From a virus (lineage: Duplodnaviria; Caudoviricetes): 56,283 bases of DNA. Shown in pieces: positions 48,195 to 56,283 of this stretch. Location: positions 1 to 56,283 of IMG/VR virus record IMGVR_UViG_3300038825_000737. One strand, given 5' to 3'. The translations under genes and the position numbers were made by a program. The notes beneath the pieces were generated by a model. That model ran no database searches. It saw only the letters and a list, made by a program, of their open reading frames with translations, and was not told where the DNA came from. Each line of letters starts with the position of its first letter. The stretch's first letter is position 1.

Positions 48195-48638
48195 ATGTTA
48201 GCAGAATTAGCTGCGGCCAACGCTGCTTTCAGTGTCATAAAACAATTCGTGTCCAACGGAAAAGAACTTTCAGGGTGTGCGAAACATATAAGCGATTTTG
48301 TATTTTCAAAGGAAGAAATAGAAAAAAATTTGAAAAAGAAAAAAGCTAGAGGTGCAGGTGGTGCAGACTTAGATGAATTTATGGCTCTTGAACAGATAAG
48401 AGAAAAAGAAGAAGAACTCAAGAAGATGATGATTTATCTAGGAAGACCCGGACTTTGGCAAGATTGGCAATCTTTTCAAGCTGAAGCTAGAAAGTCTAGA
48501 CGATATCAAGAAAAGATGGCACAAAAGCGTAAAGAAGAACTTATGGAGTATTTAGGGTACGGTATCGCTTTTATAATTATAGTGTTCTTTGCAGGTTTAT
48601 TAGCATGGTTTGCAGGTAAGTGGGTAGGTAGATTTTAA
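48195..48638 (+). CDS. Hypothetical protein with C-terminal TM helix
   Basis: AAGGGG RBS; coiled coil plus hydrophobic tail. Confidence 0.65.
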   Translation: MLAELAAANAAFSVIKQFVSNGKELSGCAKHISDFVFSKEEIEKNLKKKKARGAGGADLDEFMALEQIREKEEELKKMMIYLGRPGLWQDWQSFQAEARKSRRYQEKMAQKRKEELMEYLGYGIAFIIIVFFAGLLAWFAGKWVGRF

Positions 48639-48648
48639 CAGGTAAATG

Positions 48649-48677
48649 TTGACAAATCAATAGTCTATCTGTATAAT
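48649..48677 (+). promoter_or_regulatory. Perfect-consensus sigma70 promoter
   Basis: TTGACA-17-TATAAT. Confidence 0.8.
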
Positions 48678-48696
48678 CCTAAAAAGGAGTACCCCT

Positions 48697-48912
48697 ATGA
48701 AAAAACTAGCCGCACAAGCACTAGCTTTTCAATATCAACTACAAATTGAAAATGCACAAGCTGTATTAAACAACAATAACGCAGCTTTAAATTTGATCGA
48801 TCAAGCACTACACGAAGTCATAAATGCAAACGAAAAATTAAAAGTTTTGAATACTATGATGCAGAACGTAGTGAAAGAAGTAGAAAGTGAAAAAGAAGAA
48901 AAGAGATCCTAA
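48697..48912 (+). CDS. Small coiled-coil protein
   Basis: AAGGAG RBS right after the promoter. Confidence 0.65.
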   Translation: MKKLAAQALAFQYQLQIENAQAVLNNNNAALNLIDQALHEVINANEKLKVLNTMMQNVVKEVESEKEEKRS

Positions 48913-49180
48913 AGTTGGCACAGGCAAAAAGCCAAAAGGTAGCGACAGACGCTTATACACAGATGAGAATCCCAAAGACACAGTTAGCATCAAGTTCGCT
49001 ACACCTGCTGACGCTAGAGCAACGGTTGCAAAAGTTAAAAGAATCAAGAAACCGTATGCGAGAAAGATACAAATCCTTACAGTCATGGAACAACGAGCAA
49101 AAGTGATGGGTAAGACAGAAGTCGTGGCAATAGCAAGACGAGCAAAAGAACAATTAAAGAAAGCACGTAAGAGTGGGTAA
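48887..49180 (+). CDS. Small basic phage protein
   Basis: DPKVGTGKKPKGS.RRLYTDENPKDTV. Confidence 0.65.
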   Translation: MKKKKRDPKVGTGKKPKGSDRRLYTDENPKDTVSIKFATPADARATVAKVKRIKKPYARKIQILTVMEQRAKVMGKTEVVAIARRAKEQLKKARKSG

Positions 49181-49437
49181 GTACCAAGTAATCAAACTAA
49201 AAAAAAAATTTACGATTACTGATACCAACTGATACCAAACCTTACAAACTACTGACTCCACAACAAGTAGCAGATATCAACAAAAAACTAAATAGTCCAA
49301 TTCGTAAAGCTAAAAAAAGAAAAGATTATTTAGAAACTAAAAAAGTCCAAGAGAAGCTAAAACATGGCGAGCAGTTATCTAGTATTAATCAACAACGTAC
49401 TAAGAGATCTAAACGAGGTAGAGCTAACAAGCTCTAA
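49173..49437 (+). pseudogene. Possible small gene interrupted at an A10 run
   Basis: Removing one A at 49199-49208 joins MGKYQVIKLKK to a long open frame ending at 49437. Confidence 0.35.
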
Positions 49438-50050
49438 CTTTTCTGCATCAAGAGGTATACAAACTGCAGTAAAAGACTATGTTAATCGTGCAATAGATGA
49501 CATAATAAATGCAGATACCGAATGGCCCTTCACAGTTGTTAACAAAACTTTTACAACTACTGCAGGCACACGTCTTTACACTAGATCTGCACTAAGCACA
49601 ACAAACACAAAGACAGTAGACTTTGATAGCTTTACATTTCTTGAAGCTGCAGACAAGAAAGAGATTACACTTGAGTTTATAACTTACAGTGAGTATCTTG
49701 ACAACTACCACGAACGAGATACAGATCCAACAGGTAACTCACGAGCCATACCAGTGTATGTCTACGAAGATCCACAGAATAATATTGGTCTGTCTCCTGT
49801 GCCTGACAAAAGCACATACACTGTAAAATATTATTACTATGCTACACACACAGCATTAAGTGCATCAACAGATGAGTCATCTATACCTGAAAGATTTGAA
49901 AACGTAATAATAGAACGAGCAAAGTATTATGCGTTTACTTTACGTGGCGAAGTGCAAAACGCACAACTTGCACAGATGCAGTTTGAAAGATCAATCAAAC
50001 GTATGCGTGTAGAACTAATTAACAAACAACTATATATGAGAGCCGTCTAA
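49364..50050 (+). CDS. Tail adaptor/tubular protein A
   Basis: YLVLINNVLRDLNE start, W.F, PVPD; position. Confidence 0.7.
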   Translation: MASSYLVLINNVLRDLNEVELTSSNFSASRGIQTAVKDYVNRAIDDIINADTEWPFTVVNKTFTTTAGTRLYTRSALSTTNTKTVDFDSFTFLEAADKKEITLEFITYSEYLDNYHERDTDPTGNSRAIPVYVYEDPQNNIGLSPVPDKSTYTVKYYYYATHTALSASTDESSIPERFENVIIERAKYYAFTLRGEVQNAQLAQMQFERSIKRMRVELINKQLYMRAV

Positions 50051-51576
50051 TGCCAGAGCTAAGTCAGACAGGTGCGTTTCCATTTGTATGTGAAGGTGGG
50101 TTAGTTCTTAACCAATCTACATTTATAATGAAACCCGGTCAAGCACTTGAGCTTCTCAACTTTGAGCCTGACATCGAAGGTGGCTACAGAAGAATAACTG
50201 GCTTTAGCAAATACGTTACAGCCGTTGTACCACAGACAAGTGCATCAAGTGAAGAGGTCTTGATGGTCGCAACATTCGGATCAAGTGTTGTTGCAGCGAG
50301 AGGTGAAAAGATATTCAGTGCTACTCCGGGTGGATCAAGTTGGACAGAGCGTGATACTGGTAGAACAAGTGCAGGAACATACACATTCCAAAGATTTAAC
50401 TTTGATGGTAACGATAAATTAATTGTTGTAGATGGTGCAAATGCACCGACAGTGTTTAACTCATCATTTAGTGCAACAGATGTAAGTGAGAGTTCTGTGT
50501 CTGGTGCAAAGTTCGTAACTGCATTTAAAGATCACATGTTTTATGCAGGTAAGTCAAGCACACCACAAGAGGTTGTATTTAGCCAACCGTTTGATGAAGA
50601 TGCGTTTAGTAGTGGATCTGGTGCAGGTAGCATCAAGGTTGATGATGTTGTAACAGGACTCAAGGTATTCCGTGATAACTTATTTATCTTTTGCGAAAAC
50701 AGAATATTTCAACTTACTGGATCATCACTATCTGACTTTGCAGTCAAACCTGTAACAAGAAACATAGGTTGTGTAAATGGACAGACTATACAGGAATTTG
50801 CAGGTGATCTTATATTCTTAGGTCCTGATGGATTACGTACCATCGCAGGTACTGCAAGAATTGGTGACGTTGAGTTGGGTACAATAAGTTCTAATGTGCA
50901 AAGTCTATTTGATGCTAACTTATCTAACTCTGGTAGTTTTACATCTATAGTTATACCAAATAAAACACAGTACAGAATATTTTTTACAAAATCGGCTGTT
51001 GCAGAAAATTCTACAGAGGGCGTCATTTGTGTGCTTAGAGGACAGCAGTTTGAATTTGCAGAGATGAAAGGGATAAGACCAACAGCCACAGACACATTTG
51101 TATCTTCAGGAGATGTTATAGCTATACACGGATCAGGCGATGGATTTGTGTACAGACAAGAATCAGGCAATGACTTTGATGGCACTGCTATTTTAGGAAG
51201 ATATCGCAGTCCAGATTTAACGATGAATGATCCGGGGATACGAAAAAACATGCAAAGGGTAATAATAAACTATGCACCTGAATCATCCATTGATGCAGAC
51301 TTGTTTGTTAGATACGACTATGAAAGTAAAGATTCGGCACGACCTGCAGCCTACCCACTAGACTCAGGAGACATAGCGGCCTTATATGGAACAGCCACCT
51401 ACGGAACAAGTTCGTCTGTATCAGGAACGTATGGTGGTTCATCACAACCTCTTGTAAGACAACCAGTAGAAGGATCTGGATTTGCAGTAGCTTTACGAGT
51501 GAATGATGGGGGAACAACTGCACCTTATTCGTTAAAAGGATTTCAGTTAGAGTATCAACTAGGAGCGAGAAGATAA
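50050..51576 (+). CDS. Tail nozzle/stabilisation protein (tubular B-like)
   Basis: Beta-propeller-like; GGL, GCV, FLGPDGLR; follows the adaptor. Confidence 0.7.
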   Translation: MPELSQTGAFPFVCEGGLVLNQSTFIMKPGQALELLNFEPDIEGGYRRITGFSKYVTAVVPQTSASSEEVLMVATFGSSVVAARGEKIFSATPGGSSWTERDTGRTSAGTYTFQRFNFDGNDKLIVVDGANAPTVFNSSFSATDVSESSVSGAKFVTAFKDHMFYAGKSSTPQEVVFSQPFDEDAFSSGSGAGSIKVDDVVTGLKVFRDNLFIFCENRIFQLTGSSLSDFAVKPVTRNIGCVNGQTIQEFAGDLIFLGPDGLRTIAGTARIGDVELGTISSNVQSLFDANLSNSGSFTSIVIPNKTQYRIFFTKSAVAENSTEGVICVLRGQQFEFAEMKGIRPTATDTFVSSGDVIAIHGSGDGFVYRQESGNDFDGTAILGRYRSPDLTMNDPGIRKNMQRVIINYAPESSIDADLFVRYDYESKDSARPAAYPLDSGDIAALYGTATYGTSSSVSGTYGGSSQPLVRQPVEGSGFAVALRVNDGGTTAPYSLKGFQLEYQLGARR

Positions 51577-53694
51577 ATGGGAGCAACCTACACAAGACAA
51601 TCTTCTTACACTGACGGAGACGTTATAACTGCGGCTCATACCAATGATGAGTTCAATCAGTTATTAGCAGCCTTCCAAGCGAGTAGTGGACACACTCACG
51701 ATGGCACAGCCAACGAAGGAGGTCCTATAACTAAGCTGTTGGGCAACACGCTTACGTTCGGTGCAGGAACTGCAGGAACAGATATAACTGTTACATTCGA
51801 TGGTGAAAGTAACGATGGTGTCCTTAAATGGATGGAAGATGAGGATTATTTTGAGTTTAGTGACGACATACTTGTTGCTTCTACAGAGAAGTTACAATTC
51901 AGAGATACAGCTATATACATCAATTCAAGTACCGATGGACAACTCGACCTTGTAGCAGATACAGAGATACAGCTTGCAGCCACAACAGTTGACTTAAACG
52001 GTAACTTAGATGTATCTGGATCACTAACATTAGGTGGCACTGCGATAACATCAACTGCTGCAGAGTTAAATATCCTAGATGGAGTTACTGCCACTGCTGC
52101 AGAACTAAACGCACTAGACGGTATAACCTCTACAGTTGCAGAACTAAACATTCTTGATGGTGTAACATCTACGGCCGCAGAGTTAAATTTAGTAGATGGT
52201 ATAACTGCAGGAACAGTATCTGCTTCAAAAGCAGTTATAGCAGATTCAAATAAAGATATAACAGGGTTTAGAAATGTAACTACAACAGGAGATGTTGTTG
52301 TAGGTGGTGACCTAACAGTTTCAGGTGATGACATCACTATGGGAACTAACACATCAGGTAATTTACTTGTTGCAGACGGAACAAACTTTAACTCTATAGC
52401 AGTTGGTGACTTATCTGAAATATCCACAGTGGCAAATGATGATGTGTTCTTAGCAGTAGATACTTCAGGTGGTGGTCTTAAAAAGATTACAAGAAGTGCA
52501 GTCGTTGCAGGACTTGCTACATCAAGTGCTATATCAAACGTATCAGAAGATAGCACACCACAATTAGGTGGAGACTTAGATGTAAATGGTAATGGTTTAG
52601 TATCTACATCTAATGGTAATATAGCACTTACACCAAACGGAACAGGTGTCGTAAGAATAGATGGTTCTAATGGTATTGATATGCAGTCAGGCTCTATATC
52701 CATTAAGAACTCAGGAACTCAGTCTTATGTAGACTTTTACTGTGAATCATCAAATGCACATTATGCAAGACTACAAGCTCCTGCACACTCAGCATTTTCA
52801 GGAAATATAACATTAACTTTACCTGCTACCACAGATACAATTACAGGTATTGCAGCAACACAAACCCTTACAAACAAAACACTAACAGACCCTGTAATAA
52901 CAAACATGACAGGTTCTACAATTACACTAGATTCTGCAGGAGATATAACTCTTGATGCAGATGGTGCAGACGTTGTATTAAAAGATGGTGGAACAACTTT
53001 TGGTTCTATGACAAATAGCAGTGGTGAGCTTGTAATTAAGTCAGGTTCTACACCAACAACTGCTATGACCTTTAGTGGTGCTAACGTAACCCTAGCAGGA
53101 AACTTAACTGTATCAGGTACAACTACTACAGTAAACTCAACAACAGTAAATCTGAATGACCACAATATTGTATTAGATAGTGGTAATGATACAAGTGCAG
53201 TTATCAACGGTGCAGGTATTACAATAGAAGGTGGTTCAGGTGATGATGCTACATTTAGCTATAACACATCAGGTCCTAAATTTGAACTAAAGCTAGGCTC
53301 AAGTCACGAAGATTTACAAGTTGATCAACTTATTGCAGCATCACTAGACATATCAGGAAACGTAGATGTAGATGGCACACTAGAGACAGATGCTTTATCT
53401 ATAAATGGAACAACAGTTACGTCAACTGCTGCAGAGCTAAACATTTTAGATGGAGTTACATCAACTGCTGCTGAATTAAACATCTTAGATGGTGTAACTG
53501 CAACAGCAACAGAGCTAAACATCATGGATGGTGATACGGCTGCTTCTTCTACGACACTGGCAGATGCAGACAGGCTTGTAACTAATGACGCAGGCACAAT
53601 GAAACAAGTAGCATTAACAGATGTAAAAACATATTTAACTAGTGCAGGTTTTACTACGGATGACCCAACTGCACTTGCAATAGCGTTAGGATAA
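51577..53694 (+). CDS. Tail fibre protein with T(S/A)TAAELNILDG repeats
   Basis: NDEFNQL..AF...GHTHDG anchor; PQLGGDLDVNG; two repeat clusters; ALAIALG end. Confidence 0.8.
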   Translation: MGATYTRQSSYTDGDVITAAHTNDEFNQLLAAFQASSGHTHDGTANEGGPITKLLGNTLTFGAGTAGTDITVTFDGESNDGVLKWMEDEDYFEFSDDILVASTEKLQFRDTAIYINSSTDGQLDLVADTEIQLAATTVDLNGNLDVSGSLTLGGTAITSTAAELNILDGVTATAAELNALDGITSTVAELNILDGVTSTAAELNLVDGITAGTVSASKAVIADSNKDITGFRNVTTTGDVVVGGDLTVSGDDITMGTNTSGNLLVADGTNFNSIAVGDLSEISTVANDDVFLAVDTSGGGLKKITRSAVVAGLATSSAISNVSEDSTPQLGGDLDVNGNGLVSTSNGNIALTPNGTGVVRIDGSNGIDMQSGSISIKNSGTQSYVDFYCESSNAHYARLQAPAHSAFSGNITLTLPATTDTITGIAATQTLTNKTLTDPVITNMTGSTITLDSAGDITLDADGADVVLKDGGTTFGSMTNSSGELVIKSGSTPTTAMTFSGANVTLAGNLTVSGTTTTVNSTTVNLNDHNIVLDSGNDTSAVINGAGITIEGGSGDDATFSYNTSGPKFELKLGSSHEDLQVDQLIAASLDISGNVDVDGTLETDALSINGTTVTSTAAELNILDGVTSTAAELNILDGVTATATELNIMDGDTAASSTTLADADRLVTNDAGTMKQVALTDVKTYLTSAGFTTDDPTALAIALG

Positions 53695-53698
53695 TAAC

Positions 53699-54058
53699 AT
53701 GGCAAATACATTCAAAGTAGTCACATTCGCTGCCGAGCCTGCTAGTGCAGGAACTCCGTACACAGTGTATACAACTCCGGGTAGTACAACTACAGTAGTG
53801 ATTGGACTCATACTTACAAACATACATACTGCTCAAGTAACAGCCGATGTAAAACTCGTATCTGATACATCAGGTGGTGGTAGGGCTGCAACCAACGGAA
53901 CAGCGTTTCTAGCCAACGATGTGCCTATACCTGTAGGTTCATCACTAGAACTGCTATCAGGTGGTAAGGTTATACTTGAAACAACAGATGCTATACAGAT
54001 AGATTGCTCTGTAGCAGATAAGATATCAGGAACACTAAGCATAATGGAGATAACATAA
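53699..54058 (+). CDS. Small tail-associated structural protein
   Basis: MANTFK...LSIMEIT pattern; follows the fibre gene. Confidence 0.6.
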   Translation: MANTFKVVTFAAEPASAGTPYTVYTTPGSTTTVVIGLILTNIHTAQVTADVKLVSDTSGGGRAATNGTAFLANDVPIPVGSSLELLSGGKVILETTDAIQIDCSVADKISGTLSIMEIT

Positions 54059-54059
54059 G

Positions 54060-55004
54060 ATGCCATACATAGGACCTCCTGCTCCAGATAGATTTGTAGC
54101 ACCCAAAGCAGCCAAGCAGTTTTCAGGTGATGGTTCTACAACTGCATTTACACTAGACCATGCAGTAGGGTCTGATGAGGACATACTTGTATCTGTAGAT
54201 GGTGTTATACAAGAGCCATCTGTAGCATACGCAGTGAGCAACGGAACTACACTTACATTTACTGCTGCACCATCAAGTAACTCAGGTAATAATATTTTTG
54301 TGTACTACTTGTTTAGAACAGTGGGTACAGTAAGCCACCCAAGTAATAATGCGTTAAGTGCGTCAACAGGTACGTTTAGTGATAATGTTACACTAACAGG
54401 AACTACTCCTACACTCACCATAGGTGATGCAGGTGCTGAAGATACAAAGATAGTGTTTGATGGTAATGCACAGGACTTTCACATAGGATTAGATGACAGT
54501 GCAGATTCACTAACAATAGGGTTGGGTTCAACACTCGGCACAACTTCACATATGGTGTTTGATGCGAATGGTCACATAACTCAACCATTGCAATCTGCTT
54601 TTTTAGCACATCCAACTACTACTATTACTAACCTTTCTTCAGGTCAAAATACTTTAACATTCGGCACTGAAAGATTTGACCAAAATTCAGATTATAATAC
54701 TTCTAATGGAACTTTTACTGCACCAGTAACTGGTCGTTATAAATTAGATGTACACTTTTATATGTTAGCTTTGGATACTGGAGCAACATACTATGAAAAT
54801 TTATTAATAACTTCTAACAAAACATATGCCACAATCATTGACCCAAATTTTAGTTCTGACTTAGACTATTATGCAATGTCAATTTCTACACTAGCAGACA
54901 TGGATGCAGGAGATACAGCAACTCTGCGTGTAGACCAACAGAGTGGTACAGCACAAACAGATTTAAGTGCTAACTGTTTATTTTCAGGCTACTTAGTAGC
55001 ATAA
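54060..55004 (+). CDS. Tail fibre/spike protein, cassette gene A copy 1, C1q-like C-terminal domain
   Basis: MPYIG, FSGDGSTTAFTL, VDGVIQEP; FD...YN...GTFTAPVTG.Y and FSGYLV. Confidence 0.75.
   Translation: MPYIGPPAPDRFVAPKAAKQFSGDGSTTAFTLDHAVGSDEDILVSVDGVIQEPSVAYAVSNGTTLTFTAAPSSNSGNNIFVYYLFRTVGTVSHPSNNALSASTGTFSDNVTLTGTTPTLTIGDAGAEDTKIVFDGNAQDFHIGLDDSADSLTIGLGSTLGTTSHMVFDANGHITQPLQSAFLAHPTTTITNLSSGQNTLTFGTERFDQNSDYNTSNGTFTAPVTGRYKLDVHFYMLALDTGATYYENLLITSNKTYATIIDPNFSSDLDYYAMSISTLADMDAGDTATLRVDQQSGTAQTDLSANCLFSGYLVA
54257..54355 (+). repeat. Near-identical direct repeat of 1-99
   Basis: Only a few substitutions; similarity drops after AATGCGTTA. Confidence 0.88.
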
Positions 55005-55043
55005 GCCAAGAGTGAAACAACTCAATCATAAAGGAGATAAAAA

Positions 55044-55343
55044 ATGGCAAATCACACAAAAACAATAACATTAACAGATTTACAACAAAAGATTCTGTCT
55101 AATGATTTATACAATGACGTATCAGACAATGCAGGTGTAGATGCTTGGATTGATGGTGCGATTACAGGTAAGATAAACAACTGTTGGAAGCGTATGCAAC
55201 AAGAGTGGACTACAAAGTTAATGAACGACAGTAGCTTCACAGACCCCATACCAAGCAACCAAGCAGACTTTGTTGCACTTGTAACTGCAAGAAGTGACTA
55301 TAAGACACGCAAACAAAGAGATGATGCAAATAGCATAGGCTAG
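55044..55343 (+). CDS. Small tail-fibre partner protein (cassette gene B copy 1)
   Basis: AAGGAG RBS; same slot as 688-987 but unrelated sequence. Confidence 0.6.
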   Translation: MANHTKTITLTDLQQKILSNDLYNDVSDNAGVDAWIDGAITGKINNCWKRMQQEWTTKLMNDSSFTDPIPSNQADFVALVTARSDYKTRKQRDDANSIG

Positions 55344-55352
55344 GAGTAACGA

Positions 55353-55892
55353 ATGGCACTAACAAAAGTAATAGGAGCAGGTTTAGGTAATCTTGATGAA
55401 AACATTACCTTTAGCACAGCAGGTAAAGGTGTTCATCTTGGTGTAACTTCTGCTACTGCATCTAATTTAATTCATGATTATGAAGAAGGTAGTTGGACAC
55501 CTTCTTGGTCAGCAAGTGGTGGTGGAAGTGGTACTTATAATTATCAAGTAGGTAGATATACAAAAATAGGTAATAGAGTTTGTATTAATGGATATTTAAG
55601 TCTAACAAATAAAAATACATTATCGGGAACTCTTTCAATGGCAGGACTTCCTTTTACTTCATCAAATATAAGTCAAGGCTATTATTCTGTTGCTATTTGG
55701 TGTAATTCAATGACTAATGGTGGCAGTGCTGATGGAGATTTTTTTCTCGAAGCGTTTATTGACCATAACGAAGCTAATAGCATTTTCATGTACACTTTAG
55801 ATGGTGATGGAGGTGTTGCAGGAATAACAGATTCTATGCTCACTAACACAAGTGATTTTATGGTTAATTGTATGTATCAAACAGATTTATAG
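55353..55892 (+). CDS. Tail fibre-like protein (cassette gene C copy 1)
   Basis: Paralog of 991-1557. Confidence 0.7.
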   Translation: MALTKVIGAGLGNLDENITFSTAGKGVHLGVTSATASNLIHDYEEGSWTPSWSASGGGSGTYNYQVGRYTKIGNRVCINGYLSLTNKNTLSGTLSMAGLPFTSSNISQGYYSVAIWCNSMTNGGSADGDFFLEAFIDHNEANSIFMYTLDGDGGVAGITDSMLTNTSDFMVNCMYQTDL

Positions 55893-55901
55893 GAGAAAAA
55901 A

Positions 55902-56153
55902 ATGGCATTAACAGAAGAAACAGTACAAGACAAAATAGAAGTAACAGGTGATTACAAAATAGTTCATGTGAGAACTGCTACAGTTATTAAAAGAGATGGC
56001 ACAGAGATAAGCAGAAGTTTCTCAAGACACGTTGTAGCACCTAATGCAGACATAAGTGGTGAAAGCACAGAAGTACAAGCAATATGCAATGCAGTTCATA
56101 CAGATGCAATTAAGACAGCTTATGCAAAACACTTGGAAAATTCAGGGATATAA
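55902..56153 (+). CDS. Small tail-associated protein (cassette gene D copy 1)
   Basis: Paralog of 1568-1858. Confidence 0.65.
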   Translation: MALTEETVQDKIEVTGDYKIVHVRTATVIKRDGTEISRSFSRHVVAPNADISGESTEVQAICNAVHTDAIKTAYAKHLENSGI

Positions 56154-56156
56154 ACA

Positions 56157-56283
56157 ATGCCGTACATAGGAACAAGTCCATCTAATGGAGTACGTAGGGT
56201 TCACACCTACACTGCCACAGCATCGCAGACCACATTCAGTGGTGCAGGTGCAGAGGGTACATCTTTAAGTTACAAAGACAGTA
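56157..56283 (+). CDS. Tail fibre cassette gene E copy 1, 3'-truncated
   Basis: MPYIGTSPSNGVRRVHTY matches the start of 1862-3808. Confidence 0.75.
   Translation, partial: MPYIGTSPSNGVRRVHTYTATASQTTFSGAGAEGTSLSYKDS
56193..56283 (+). repeat. Exact 91-bp direct repeat of 1898-1988
   Basis: Base-by-base comparison. Confidence 0.92.

Larger units (their letters stand above)
1..56283. mobile_element. Near-complete podovirus genome, circularly permuted, probably related to HMO-2011-type marine phages
   Basis: Terminase, portal, scaffold, capsid, short-tail, ejection, lysis and replication genes are all present; no host genes seen; both ends lie in the same tail-fibre region. Confidence 0.9.

Noticed and set aside
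51846-53711. Long antisense ORFs opposite the tail fibre (and similar ones elsewhere, e.g. 45916-46530)
   Set aside because: Shadow frames caused by the codon bias of the sense genes; no RBS or recognisable motifs
54060-56283. Diversity-generating retroelement or invertible shufflon explaining the tail repeats
   Set aside because: No reverse transcriptase is recognisable, differences are not adenine-specific, and all copies are in direct orientation
56193-56283. Terminal direct repeat of the genome
   Set aside because: It matches an internal position (1898-1988) inside a coding sequence, not the contig start; it better explains the assembly break

Overview
This window is a near-complete, circularly permuted ~56 kb genome of an AT-rich podovirus. 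It has no RNA polymerase of its own. It appears related to marine HMO-2011-type alphaproteobacterial phages, judging by a PolA with a DnaJ-like CxxCxGxG insert, the capsid N-terminus, and AGAAAGG-type ribosome-binding sites. There are three modules. (1) A minus-strand replication arm at 14967-24772: primase, helicase, split PolA, SSB, Cas4-like exonuclease, endonuclease I and class II RNR. (2) A plus-strand early region at 24876-31503: RHH regulator, C5 methyltransferase, DUF932-like protein and many small genes. (3) A plus-strand morphogenesis and lysis arm running from 32218 to the end and continuing through 1-14970. The contig breaks inside a duplicated tail-fibre/partner cassette array. 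The most interesting signals are: a Cre-sized tyrosine-recombinase-like protein between terL and portal; tail cassettes with constant N-termini and variable C-termini; a 3'-UTR RNA whose loops are complementary to the phage's own early RBSs; a near-consensus promoter firing into a non-coding region; a repeated internal-loop RNA motif at the scaffold gene; a hidden metallothionein-like ORF; and apparent CCWGG avoidance. All functional calls come from motif recognition by eye; no searches were run.
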